Position numbers and translations under genes: made by a program. This document shows positions 37,410 through 46,092 of a stretch of 64,000 nucleotides of DNA, in pieces. The stretch is from a virus. Where the stretch lies: IMG/VR virus record IMGVR_UViG_3300032516_000019, positions 1 to 64,000 of that record; one strand, given 5' to 3'. Below the pieces are notes generated by a model. It did not search any database. It was not told the DNA's origin and saw only the letters and a list, made by a program, of their open reading frames with translations. Within the stretch, counting starts at the first letter, position 1; each line of letters opens with the position of its first letter.

Positions 37410-37429
37410 TACTCATTTGTTTTTATGTT

Positions 37430-37750
37430 TTAACGATTAAACATCCTGTTATCAAACTGAATCATTCTCTGAAGCATAGTTTTCAGATATTTCGGTAATC
37501 TTGGCCTTTTCACTGATTCTATCGTTTCTTCATCAATGATTTCTCCTTTTGAATTTCTATAAATCTTATTTACAAAGTAATAAAGCTCCTTCGGATCTTC
37601 TGGATTTAGTAAAATCACAAGTTCATGATCCTTTATATAGGCTTTCACGCTAACATCGTAATCTTTTTCATTATTTACGTCGAAGCTATACTCCTGAATC
37701 ACTTCATTGATCAGGATTAATTCTTTTTCCGTCCATTCAATTTTTTTCAT
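37430..37750 (-). CDS. Hypothetical protein
   Basis: 106-aa ORF. Confidence 0.4.
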   Translation of the reverse strand: MKKIEWTEKELILINEVIQEYSFDVNNEKDYDVSVKAYIKDHELVILLNPEDPKELYYFVNKIYRNSKGEIIDEETIESVKRPRLPKYLKTMLQRMIQFDNRMFNR

Positions 37751-37903
37751 TGCTATAGGATATAATTAAGCAAATACAAAGAAATAATGCTTAAACACAT
37801 GAAATCAATCAAATTATCAACTGTGGGAATGTTTCCCATTTTCTCTTCAAACATAAAGAGAATAAATCTAATTGTCTTTTTCATTTTATTAATTTTTTAA
37901 TTT

Positions 37904-38398
37904 TCAGCATCCATGATCAAATGTAGCATACCAATTTCCCATTTCATCATTATCCATCCAAAATGAAGCTTCCATCAGGATGTCTTCTTCCCAAGTTCCT
38001 TCAAATCCATATATCTCAACGATCTGCTTTATTATCGTTTGAAAATCGTCTATTACATCTGAGCCATATTCGAAAGCCCAATGTTGATACATGAATAAAG
38101 GCATCAGGTCTTCATGAATATTATGGATTTCGATTGACATATGAATCTGATGATGATTTCCAGATTCTTTCAAAACTTTGATATCCAATCCGAGCAAATC
38201 TCTGAAATAAAGATCAGCGCCTTGAACTGTTTGAAAATCATAATCTTCTCTGAGAGCTTCTTCATCATCATCTTTGTATTTTTTTATGATGATTTCTAAA
38301 AGAAGTCTTTTTCGAGCAAAGAGAAGAGGGAGAGGGTTTTTCATCCCTCCCTCAACCATTTCACGAAATTCTTCTGTGGTCAATTCTAATTTTTCCAT
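37904..38398 (-). CDS. Hypothetical protein
   Basis: 164-aa ORF. Confidence 0.4.
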   Translation of the reverse strand: MEKLELTTEEFREMVEGGMKNPLPLLFARKRLLLEIIIKKYKDDDEEALREDYDFQTVQGADLYFRDLLGLDIKVLKESGNHHQIHMSIEIHNIHEDLMPLFMYQHWAFEYGSDVIDDFQTIIKQIVEIYGFEGTWEEDILMEASFWMDNDEMGNWYATFDHGC

Positions 38399-38566
38399 TC
38401 ATTTTTAATTTAGTGAAAATTCAAATGATATAACTGTAAATCCGTTTTTATTGGATTCATTCGGAATGTAATAATCAATGAACCAAAGATTGATTTCTTG
38501 GTCAATTCCCCATGAGGTGGTCATCTCAGTGGATTCATCATTTAATAGGATTGCATGTTTCATGGC

Positions 38567-38920
38567 TTAGAAATTACGATCTGTTAAATTCAATAATAAT
38601 CTAATTGCTGTTTCTACATGATTGAGAGCCTCTGTAGCATTTACTCTCCCTCTATTCAAAGGATTCGTTGGATTATCAGGATACAACTTTACAAGCTCTT
38701 TCAATTCTCTTGTGAAATAGGATAAATTGCGGATATCCTCTTCGATTCTTTCTATTCTCCCTCGCTTCGCCCACTCTTCTTCGCTCATCATCATCTCATC
38801 ATACATTGAGCCAAAGCCTTTTTCCCATCTTTCATCAGATATACTGTCTGAAGGATTGATCATATCAGGATATCTTTCTGAAAGATCCTGATACTGTTTG
38901 AGGTTAACTGCTTTCTTCAT
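38567..38920 (-). CDS. Hypothetical protein
   Basis: 117-aa ORF. Confidence 0.4.
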   Translation of the reverse strand: MKKAVNLKQYQDLSERYPDMINPSDSISDERWEKGFGSMYDEMMMSEEEWAKRGRIERIEEDIRNLSYFTRELKELVKLYPDNPTNPLNRGRVNATEALNHVETAIRLLLNLTDRNF

Positions 38921-39085
38921 GATGCATACCGTTTTACAAGTTTCGGATAATCTTTATGAGCCTTCTTGCATTCACTAAAATGATGACAATGAACACATTT
39001 CTCATCATAATTGATCAGAAAGCAATCTCTCACGATGTAAGATAATGCTCTGAATGAACGAGGTGCTAATAACTTCTTCATGATC

Positions 39086-39334
39086 TTAATAATTTACAAT
39101 TGATAATTGATTCCTGAAATGATCCTTCCGAAGAAGATAATTCAACTCATGCCGAATGTCATACATTGGATGCAAGATCAAAAATGCATTCCAAACGAGT
39201 CTTGCTCTCATCTCATCTTTCTGAAAAGCGGGAGCTAATCCATAGACAGTGTGGCGCCATCCTACGAAAAATCCTTTGGATGTGTGCCAAATCATCTGAT
39301 TAGATGTTTTGCGGATAATGTTGTGTGGTCTCAT
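39086..39334 (-). CDS. Hypothetical protein
   Basis: 82-aa ORF. Confidence 0.35.
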   Translation of the reverse strand: MRPHNIIRKTSNQMIWHTSKGFFVGWRHTVYGLAPAFQKDEMRARLVWNAFLILHPMYDIRHELNYLLRKDHFRNQLSIVNY

Positions 39335-39589
39335 GATGTAAATGAATTAAATTAATAAATAAATCAATATATAAATTTAGATTTAATTATCTGTAAATCC
39401 TATCAATTTAATGAATATTTTAAAAGATAATTGATAAAAGAAAATCATGAAAGCCACCCAGGCGACAGATCAAAAAAGATTTTGAAAATAAAAAAAACCT
39501 GAAATGCCGGCATTTTGTAAAAAGTGTAGGGGAAGTCAAGGAAATACTTCAACAGGATTTTTTAAAATTGATAAAATGTCCTGGTTGCG

Positions 39590-39670
39590 GAAAAGCGATG
39601 CGATCAGGGAAAAAATCCTGATCAGGATATCGCAAAAAAAATCCTGATCTTGCGATCAGGATTAAGATCA
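39590..39670. promoter_or_regulatory. GATC-rich palindromic region (GCGATCAGG ... CCTGATC dyads)
   Basis: gcgatcagggaaaaaatcctgatcaggatatcgc with nested inverted repeats. Confidence 0.5.
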
Positions 39671-39684
39671 GGATAATCAATTTT

Positions 39685-40077
39685 TTATTTTGCGGCTTTG
39701 CGATAATATTTAAATCCATCATCTTTTTTAAAGGATTCAACTTTAAATCCGATCTTGCTCATCCATAAAAGGCAGGTCCTTTTGGATTTTTCTTTATCTA
39801 AATCAATTTTAAGATCAAAGATTTTTTGAGCCATCTGATCAATTGTTGAGCCATCCGGATTATTTAAAAGATCAATGCAAATTGATTTTTTGGTGATCCT
39901 ATCAGATTTTTTATTATCCAGATCTGGATTAAGATCTGGATTAAGATCAGGGTTGGCGATCGGATTTAAATCATCAATTTTTTTAAGATCAGATAATAAA
40001 TCACTGATATCATAAATTTTTGCGGCGGATAAATCCAAATTAATAGGATTTAAATCCAATGATTTTTTTGTGGTCAT
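39685..40077 (-). CDS. Possible first leftward gene. Contains a DLNPDLNPDLNP repeat from a 12-bp DNA tandem repeat. Basic C-terminus.
   Basis: 130-aa ORF partly over repetitive DNA (agatctggatta x2.5 at 39921-39955). Doubtful. Confidence 0.3.
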   Translation of the reverse strand: MTTKKSLDLNPINLDLSAAKIYDISDLLSDLKKIDDLNPIANPDLNPDLNPDLDNKKSDRITKKSICIDLLNNPDGSTIDQMAQKIFDLKIDLDKEKSKRTCLLWMSKIGFKVESFKKDDGFKYYRKAAK

Positions 40078-40254
40078 TTTTTTGATTTTTTAATGATTTT
40101 TTAATCTTAAAGGAATATGTCAAAGAACAATTAAGCGATAATCTAAAAGATTATCTAAGATTATCATATCCAGATCAATATTAGGATTATCATATCCTAT
40201 CTGATCTTAATCTTATTAAACCAAAGATATATAATAAATCAATATTATCCAAAG

Positions 40255-40505
40255 ATATTGCGGTGATATATATCACTTTAGATCAATTTAGATTCTATCT
40301 TAATAAGGATAAATATCACTGCGATTATTGATATATATCACCGCCATCATCCAGATCAGGATAAATAAAAGGAGCGCCTGGGCGATAATAAATATCACCG
40401 CTATCAATGATATAAATCAATAGGATCGGTGATAAATATCAATGGCCATAAATCAATATAGGCGTGATATAAATCAATAGGATCGGTGATAAATATCACC
40501 ACCCT
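40255..40505. repeat. Iteron-like array: 6-7 copies of the GGTGATA(A/T)ATATCAC(C) palindrome (perfect 16-mer at 40485-40500), with GATC sites interspersed. Putative replication origin or operator array.
   Basis: Copies at about 40262, 40313, 40331, 40390, 40429, 40463 and 40485. Confidence 0.6.
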
Positions 40506-40795
40506 AAGATCAGATTAAAAGATAATAAGATATTGATATCTGATAATATTAATTAAGATCAGATAATAAAAGATCAAAGATAAATAATAAAAGAGTGGAA
40601 TATCTTTATTTATTGATAATCAGATTAAAAGATATTAATATCTTAATTGATCTAAGGATATTAATAAAGGATATATTGATCTTAATTTATTAAATCCATC
40701 CTGATCTTTGATGATCAGATGATAAATTTATAATCATAAGATATTGATAATCAGGATAATATGATGATGATAATATATTGATAATCAAAGGATTG

Positions 40796-40830
40796 ACCCC
40801 CCTGATTTAATGATCAAAATTTAGGGGGGA
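40796..40830. other. GC-clamped hairpin: ACCCCCCT - 19 nt - AGGGGGG
   Basis: The 7-bp G/C stem 40797-40803 with 40823-40829 is exceptional in an AT-rich region. Confidence 0.4.
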
Positions 40831-40859
40831 GGGGTCGGATTACCCGTATAAATTTTAGA

Positions 40860-41277
40860 CATATGATTTGGAATTTACATGAATTTTCAACAGAATTGAT
40901 CTTTCCTATTGATTACTTATATATGGGAACCTTCCTGGAGTATTGGAATATTGAGGAGGAAATGGTACCGTATATAAAAAATTTTCAACGTTTGATTTGG
41001 AATAGGAGTGGAATTTCCTCCTATGGACTATTTATTGGTTATCGGTCTTTTATCGGTGATTTGGAAATCTACACTGAGTTAATCGGTGGAGGAGGAATAG
41101 TGTTTTAATTGACGTTTTATTTCCTGTGTTATTTATAATGGATATAAAGAAGGGTGGTAAAGGGGTTAGGAATCAGAGTAGGTGGGAATTTCAACGTTTT
41201 ATTATTCCGAAGGAATAATGGTGGGAGGGGTAAGAAAATTAAGGAGGAAATAGTTTGAAGTGATATTGTATTAATAT
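40860..41277 (+). promoter_or_regulatory. Late-operon upstream region with repeated motifs (GATTTGGAAT x3, AATTTTCAACGTTT x3, GGAGGAGGAAT x3)
   Basis: Repeats seen directly. ORF 40863..41108 here is doubtful. Confidence 0.4.
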
Positions 41278-41300
41278 CTTAGTGAAAATTTTTCACTAAG
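41278..41300. promoter_or_regulatory. Perfect 11-bp-arm palindrome CTTAGTGAAAA-T-TTTTCACTAAG, 4 nt upstream of the terS ATG. Operator-like.
   Basis: Seen in the sequence. Confidence 0.45.
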
Positions 41301-41304
41301 ACAC

Positions 41305-41817
41305 ATGAGAGAGAATACATTACCACGGAAATGGGACCCAAAGTACATAGATATGGTGTATAGGTTATGTCTGTTGGGTTTGACAGATCGGGAGTTGGCA
41401 AAGGCGTTTGATGTGGAATATAATACCATTGATTATTGGAAAAGATCACATCCGGAATTCCTGGAGGCGATGTTTAGAGGAAAGGTGGATGCTGATAGTA
41501 AAGCTGCGGAAAGTCTGCTGAGAGCTGCCATCGGGTATGATTATCCGGAAGAGGTGGCTCATGTTGTGAATGGGGAGATTGTAGTCACCACCATCATGAA
41601 GCATTGTAAGGCAAATCCGTGGGCAGCCCACAAATGGTTGACATTAAGGAGAAGAGGAGATTGGTCGGAAACATCAAGGGTGGAAGTTACCCATACCAAT
41701 ATAAACGCTAATATGAATTTTGACGACCTATCGGCGGAGGAGTTGAAATTTGCCATAGCGATAGGGATGAAGAATCGCCAAAACCAAATTACAGAAGATG
41801 CAGGAAACAACGACTGA
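41305..41817 (+). CDS. terS: Terminase small subunit (HTH DNA-binding)
   Basis: LTDRELAKAFDVEYNTIDYW is HTH-like. Sits immediately upstream of terL with a 20-nt overlap. Confidence 0.65.
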   Translation: MRENTLPRKWDPKYIDMVYRLCLLGLTDRELAKAFDVEYNTIDYWKRSHPEFLEAMFRGKVDADSKAAESLLRAAIGYDYPEEVAHVVNGEIVVTTIMKHCKANPWAAHKWLTLRRRGDWSETSRVEVTHTNINANMNFDDLSAEELKFAIAIGMKNRQNQITEDAGNND

Positions 41818-43342
41818 GGTAAAAAGAGTTCGGACAATTCCACCAAAAATTGAAGCACTACAGGAGCTCGTTAAGAATCCTTTACGTGCTATTCGTCTTT
41901 TACATAGTCGTAGTTTTTATGAATTTTTACAGTATTACTGGCCTTTGGTAAGTCCCCATAAATTCCAACAGAACTGGCATATAGAATACCTTTGTGGGGA
42001 ATTGGAAAAACTCGCATATCAGGTCGGAGCCCGTCAACCAAGGGAATATGACCTTATTATTAATGTGCCTCCTGGAAGCACGAAAACAATCACTTGTAGC
42101 ATTATGTTTCCGGCTTGGTGTTGGACCAAGTGGCCGTGGATGCGGTTTATTTGTAGTAGTTACTCGGGAGCATTGTCATTGGAATCAGCAGAATATTGTA
42201 GGGAATTGATCAGGAGTGCTGAATTCCAACAGATTTATCCGGAAATAGATATCAAGGAAGACAAGGATACAAAATCAAATTTCAAGATTGTAACCAAGGA
42301 AATATCATCTGCAGGTCGACCTCCAAAGATTACCCCTGGCGGTAGTAGGTATTCTACCTCTGTCGGAGGCACATTAATGGGGTTCCATGCAGATATTCTC
42401 ATTGTGGATGATCCACTGAATCCTACGCAGGCAGCGTCGGATATTGAATTAGCAAATGCAAATCGTTGGATGGAACAAACCCTTCCTACAAGGAAGACCA
42501 GCAAGGATAATACTCCAACCATATTGATCATGCAACGTCTACATCAGGACGATCCCTCAGGTCATATGTTAGCAAAACAAAAGGAAAACCTCAAGCACAT
42601 CTGTATTCCTGGCGAGTGCCGGAACTACCGTGAGCAGGTTTCACCACCAGAGTTGGTGGAAAACTACATTGATGACCTAATGGACCCTAACAGGACGTCT
42701 TGGAAAGTGTTGAAAGACATGGAGGCTGACCTTGGTCAATATGGTTATGCTGGTCAGGTAGGTCAAGATCCAACACCTCCTGGAGGAGGTATGTTTAAGG
42801 TAGATCATTTTCAAACTATAAATAAAATGCCTCCCAACCCTGATATAATGCAAACTGTCAGATATTGGGATAAAGCGCAGGCAACTGATTCCGGAGCTCC
42901 GTACACAGTTGGAGTAAGGATGACCAAGCTAACCAATCAGCGTTGGTTGATCGAAGATGTAAAGCGCGGGAGATGGAGTTCTCACGAGCGGGAAAGGATT
43001 ATAAAGGAGACTGCTAATGCTGATGGACAAAGAGTGACAGTTTGGATGGAACAGGAACCTGGATCAGGCGGGAAGGAATCAGCAGATGGAACAATAAGAA
43101 ACTTGGCAGGTTATTCTGTATATGCTGAACGGGCTACTGGTGATAAAGTTCACAGAGCAGACCCTTATTCAGTGCAAGTAAACAATGGAGCCTTTATATT
43201 AATGAATGGTTTATGGAACCATGATTTTATAGAAGAACATCGCTTCTTTCCATTTAGTACTTACAAAGATCAGGTTGACGCTGCTGCTGGAGCCTTTCAG
43301 AAATTGGTAGGTAAAAAAATCGCAAGAGTTTTAAAACGATAA
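41798..43342 (+). CDS. terL: Terminase large subunit
   Basis: ATPase P-loop-like VPPGSTKT. ILIVDDP is Walker B. The C-terminal RNaseH-like nuclease region contains VWMEQEPGSGG...DAAAGAF. Confidence 0.9.
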   Translation: MQETTTEVKRVRTIPPKIEALQELVKNPLRAIRLLHSRSFYEFLQYYWPLVSPHKFQQNWHIEYLCGELEKLAYQVGARQPREYDLIINVPPGSTKTITCSIMFPAWCWTKWPWMRFICSSYSGALSLESAEYCRELIRSAEFQQIYPEIDIKEDKDTKSNFKIVTKEISSAGRPPKITPGGSRYSTSVGGTLMGFHADILIVDDPLNPTQAASDIELANANRWMEQTLPTRKTSKDNTPTILIMQRLHQDDPSGHMLAKQKENLKHICIPGECRNYREQVSPPELVENYIDDLMDPNRTSWKVLKDMEADLGQYGYAGQVGQDPTPPGGGMFKVDHFQTINKMPPNPDIMQTVRYWDKAQATDSGAPYTVGVRMTKLTNQRWLIEDVKRGRWSSHERERIIKETANADGQRVTVWMEQEPGSGGKESADGTIRNLAGYSVYAERATGDKVHRADPYSVQVNNGAFILMNGLWNHDFIEEHRFFPFSTYKDQVDAAAGAFQKLVGKKIARVLKR

Positions 43343-43352
43343 ATAAATTGAT

Positions 43353-43985
43353 ATGAAGATACCAAAAAACTTCCCAGAATGGTTTTTATACCACAAAAGG
43401 TTTTTGATATATTTTATTATTCAAATAGTATTAGTAGTGATATTTATTAACTATGAACCAAAGGTAGATGCAGCATCTGATGTAAGACCTACCATTATGA
43501 GGTTAGATACGACCATAGCTAAGTTATTTGATATTCTTACAGTATTAGCCAAAAATGATAGTATAATGGCTGTTCAGTTAAAACACTTTCCAACAGCTCC
43601 TCCAATAAGTATTAAGGAGATGACAGCGGTATCTTCTGTATATCGGTCAAGAACTAACCCGATAACCCATGAAAAGGAGTTTCATGCTGGTATAGATTAT
43701 CGAGCGAAAAAAGGAACGATTGTAGTGGCTGCTGCGGATGGGATAGTATTTAAAGCAGGGAAAGAAGGAAATTATGGTAATTTAGTTGCTATAAATCACT
43801 TGAACGGATATGAAACCACTTATACTCACTTGGATCAGATATTAGTAAGAGAAGATCAACAGGTAACAAAAGGCGATACCATTGGAACGGTAGGTAATAC
43901 AGGTAGATCAACGGGAGATCATTTACATTTTGAAATAGCGTATTTAGATAGAAAGATAAATCCGGAACAATTTTATCCATTTTAA
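43353..43985 (+). CDS. M23 (LytM) metallopeptidase with N-terminal membrane anchor
   Basis: HAGIDY...HLHFE is the HxxxD/HxH M23 signature. N-terminal TM segment FLIYFIIQIVLVVIFINY. Confidence 0.85.
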   Translation: MKIPKNFPEWFLYHKRFLIYFIIQIVLVVIFINYEPKVDAASDVRPTIMRLDTTIAKLFDILTVLAKNDSIMAVQLKHFPTAPPISIKEMTAVSSVYRSRTNPITHEKEFHAGIDYRAKKGTIVVAAADGIVFKAGKEGNYGNLVAINHLNGYETTYTHLDQILVREDQQVTKGDTIGTVGNTGRSTGDHLHFEIAYLDRKINPEQFYPF

Positions 43986-43996
43986 AGAGAATAATT

Positions 43997-44173
43997 ATGG
44001 CAATAAAAATCAAGGATAAATCAGGTAATCTGAAAGGTAAGGCTTACACAAAGGAGGAGTACTTTTTTAAAAAAGCCCACCCATTTCGCTGGTGGCTTGG
44101 TAATGGGTTGAAAGAGTTCTTTCGCTGGAGAAGGAAGGTTGCGAGAAATCGACAAATGAGAAAAGAGGAGTAA
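43997..44173 (+). CDS. Small basic protein (58 aa), not in the ORF track
   Basis: ATG at 43997 and TAA at 44171. Arg/Lys/Trp-rich. Confidence 0.3.
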   Translation: MAIKIKDKSGNLKGKAYTKEEYFFKKAHPFRWWLGNGLKEFFRWRRKVARNRQMRKEE

Positions 44174-44195
44174 GGGATGCAAGTAGTTGCAATTA

Positions 44196-44203
44196 TATAT
44201 TTG
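44196..44203 (+). promoter_or_regulatory. TAnnTTTG (Bacteroidetes-type -7 promoter motif) 28 nt upstream of the 44231 ATG
   Basis: TATATTTG seen in the sequence. The motif class is established for Bacteroidetes sigma-A(Bf). Similar motifs are seen upstream of other genes. Confidence 0.3.
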
Positions 44204-44230
44204 ATATTCACAATTTAATTTAAAAATGTC

Positions 44231-44683
44231 ATGGCAGGAAGTAAAAAAGATGCATTTGAAACAGCGATTCTGCAATTAATATTCCAGAACGCTAACTTGG
44301 CAGCAATAGGAGATTCTACAGGGTTGAGAGGATCAACCACGGCAGGTAACTTCTTTATTGCTTTGTATGTAACAACTCCTCCTTCGGATTCGGCTCAGGG
44401 AACAGAGTGTACCTATACAGGATATGCGAGGAAGGAGATTGCAAGGGCAAGTGGTGCAGGTGGTTGGACAGTAAGTGCTAATAACGCTTACAACACCTCA
44501 GCTATTACCTTTGCTCAATGTACCGTGGGTAGCAATACCGCATTGGCATTCTCAATCAACAAAGCTGTAACGGGTGGAGTTGATGATGCTATCTATTGGG
44601 GTGACCTTTCGGCAAACTTGGCTATCAGTCCAGGTATCACACCGGAATTTGCAGCAGGTGACCTTGATGTATATGAGGATTAA
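44231..44683 (+). CDS. Hypothetical protein
   Basis: 150 aa, Gly/Ala/Thr-rich. Confidence 0.4.
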   Translation: MAGSKKDAFETAILQLIFQNANLAAIGDSTGLRGSTTAGNFFIALYVTTPPSDSAQGTECTYTGYARKEIARASGAGGWTVSANNAYNTSAITFAQCTVGSNTALAFSINKAVTGGVDDAIYWGDLSANLAISPGITPEFAAGDLDVYED

Positions 44684-44711
44684 TTTTTAACATACATTTA
44701 ATCATAATGTT

Positions 44712-45353
44712 ATGATTAACGAAAAGAAGTTGAATTTGGCCTGTGGTCAGATTCGTATTAAGGATTACTTCGGAATAGACATGGTCAAGATGGATAGTGT
44801 AGATGCTGTAATGAATTTAGAAGATTTTCCGTGGGACATCGCTTCAGATAGTGCAGAAGAGATAATCTGTAATCACTATGTGGAGCATACCCCTATGGAT
44901 ACACTTGGTCGTCAATTGTTAAAACTCATTTATGAATGTGATAATTATGATGAGTTGAAACGAGAAGCTATGAATATTGATCTTAATGCTCCGAATGATG
45001 GACTTATTCAGTTTGTGGAAGAAGTATATCGTATTTTAAAGGTAAAGGGTATTATTCATATTCTTACCCCTCATTATAATACAGGTATTGCTTGGCAAGA
45101 TCCAACCCACCGCAGAGGCATCACAGAACAGACTTTCCATTATTTTAACAAAGGGTGGAGGGAAAGAAGTCAGCTCAGTCATTATCCAATAAAATGTGAT
45201 TTTGATGCTCATTTCAGAGGATATGAATTATACCCTGATGTGGAGAAGAAAACGACAGATGAAAAGTTATTTTCATCCAGGCATTTGAGTAACTTCATTG
45301 CCCTCGTAAAATTTGACTTAATTAAAAATCCTACTAATCATGAAAGGAATTAA
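44712..45353 (+). CDS. Class I SAM-dependent methyltransferase-like protein
   Basis: LNLACGQIRIKDYFGID is a motif I-like GxGxG context. 213 aa. Confidence 0.5.
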   Translation: MINEKKLNLACGQIRIKDYFGIDMVKMDSVDAVMNLEDFPWDIASDSAEEIICNHYVEHTPMDTLGRQLLKLIYECDNYDELKREAMNIDLNAPNDGLIQFVEEVYRILKVKGIIHILTPHYNTGIAWQDPTHRRGITEQTFHYFNKGWRERSQLSHYPIKCDFDAHFRGYELYPDVEKKTTDEKLFSSRHLSNFIALVKFDLIKNPTNHERN

Positions 45354-46089
45354 GAAAACCCTATTTACTCTGAACATAGGTAATTATGCTCCAGAGATCA
45401 CTGCCATTACTTATCCACTGCTCAAATATTGGGCAAATAAGATAGGGGCAGACTTTCACACAATTACGGAACGTAAATTCCCTGATTGGCCAGTAACATA
45501 TGAAAAACTACAAATCTATGAACTTGCTCAACAGATGGGCAATGATTGGAACATTTATGTTGACTCGGATGCAGTAATTCATCCTGAGACATTGGATTGG
45601 ACTTTATATTTGCCAAAAGATACTGTTTCACATAACGGAAGAGATTTTGCTAATATACGCTGGAGGTACAATGATTATATGCGTAGGGATGGCAGACATT
45701 GGGGAAGTTGTAATTGGTTTACCATAGCCAGTGATTGGTGTGTGGATTTATGGAGACCATTAGAAATACCATTTGAGGAAGCTGTGGAGAATATCTTTCC
45801 TACAAGGCAAGAAAGGAATGCAGTTACAGAAAGGGATCATTTAATTGATGATTACTCACTTTCTAATAATATTGCCCGTTTTGGTCTGAAGGCTAAAACG
45901 ATAATGGATGTGCAAAAAGACTTAGGATTTGCTGATAGTTCTTTTCATTATCATTTATATAATATAACTGAGAAAGAAAAGTTGGAAGGATATTTAGATG
46001 TGGTTTCAGGAAAGCAAATAGATGGTATAATAAAGTTAGTGAATGAAGTTTGGACTATTCCAGAATATGTAAAGAATTACGGAAAGTAA
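45340..46089 (+). CDS. Putative nucleotide-sugar-dependent glycosyltransferase (DxD), weak
   Basis: IYVDSDAV is DxD-like, 249 aa. Confidence 0.3.
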   Translation: MKGIKKTLFTLNIGNYAPEITAITYPLLKYWANKIGADFHTITERKFPDWPVTYEKLQIYELAQQMGNDWNIYVDSDAVIHPETLDWTLYLPKDTVSHNGRDFANIRWRYNDYMRRDGRHWGSCNWFTIASDWCVDLWRPLEIPFEEAVENIFPTRQERNAVTERDHLIDDYSLSNNIARFGLKAKTIMDVQKDLGFADSSFHYHLYNITEKEKLEGYLDVVSGKQIDGIIKLVNEVWTIPEYVKNYGK

Positions 46090-46092
46090 ATC

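Noticed and set aside
39549-39740. ORF 39549..39740 (63 aa)
   Set aside because: It lies entirely within the GATC-rich palindromic repeats. It has a poly-Ile/Leu low-complexity core, has no RBS, and overlaps 39685..40077. Most likely spurious.
40255-40505. Possible CRISPR array suggested by short repeats separated by similar-length spacers
   Set aside because: The repeats are 15-16-bp palindromes in both orientations with irregular spacing. Intervening sequences are AT-rich and GATC-containing rather than unique spacers. No cas genes or leader are present. They fit iterons or operator sites better.
40863-41108. ORF 40863..41108 (+, 81 aa)
   Set aside because: It sits on the repeated-motif regulatory region. 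It has odd composition (W/F/Y/I-rich with GGGG near its C-terminus), lacks a convincing RBS, and is separated from the terS operon by further repeats. Treated as non-coding, at low certainty.
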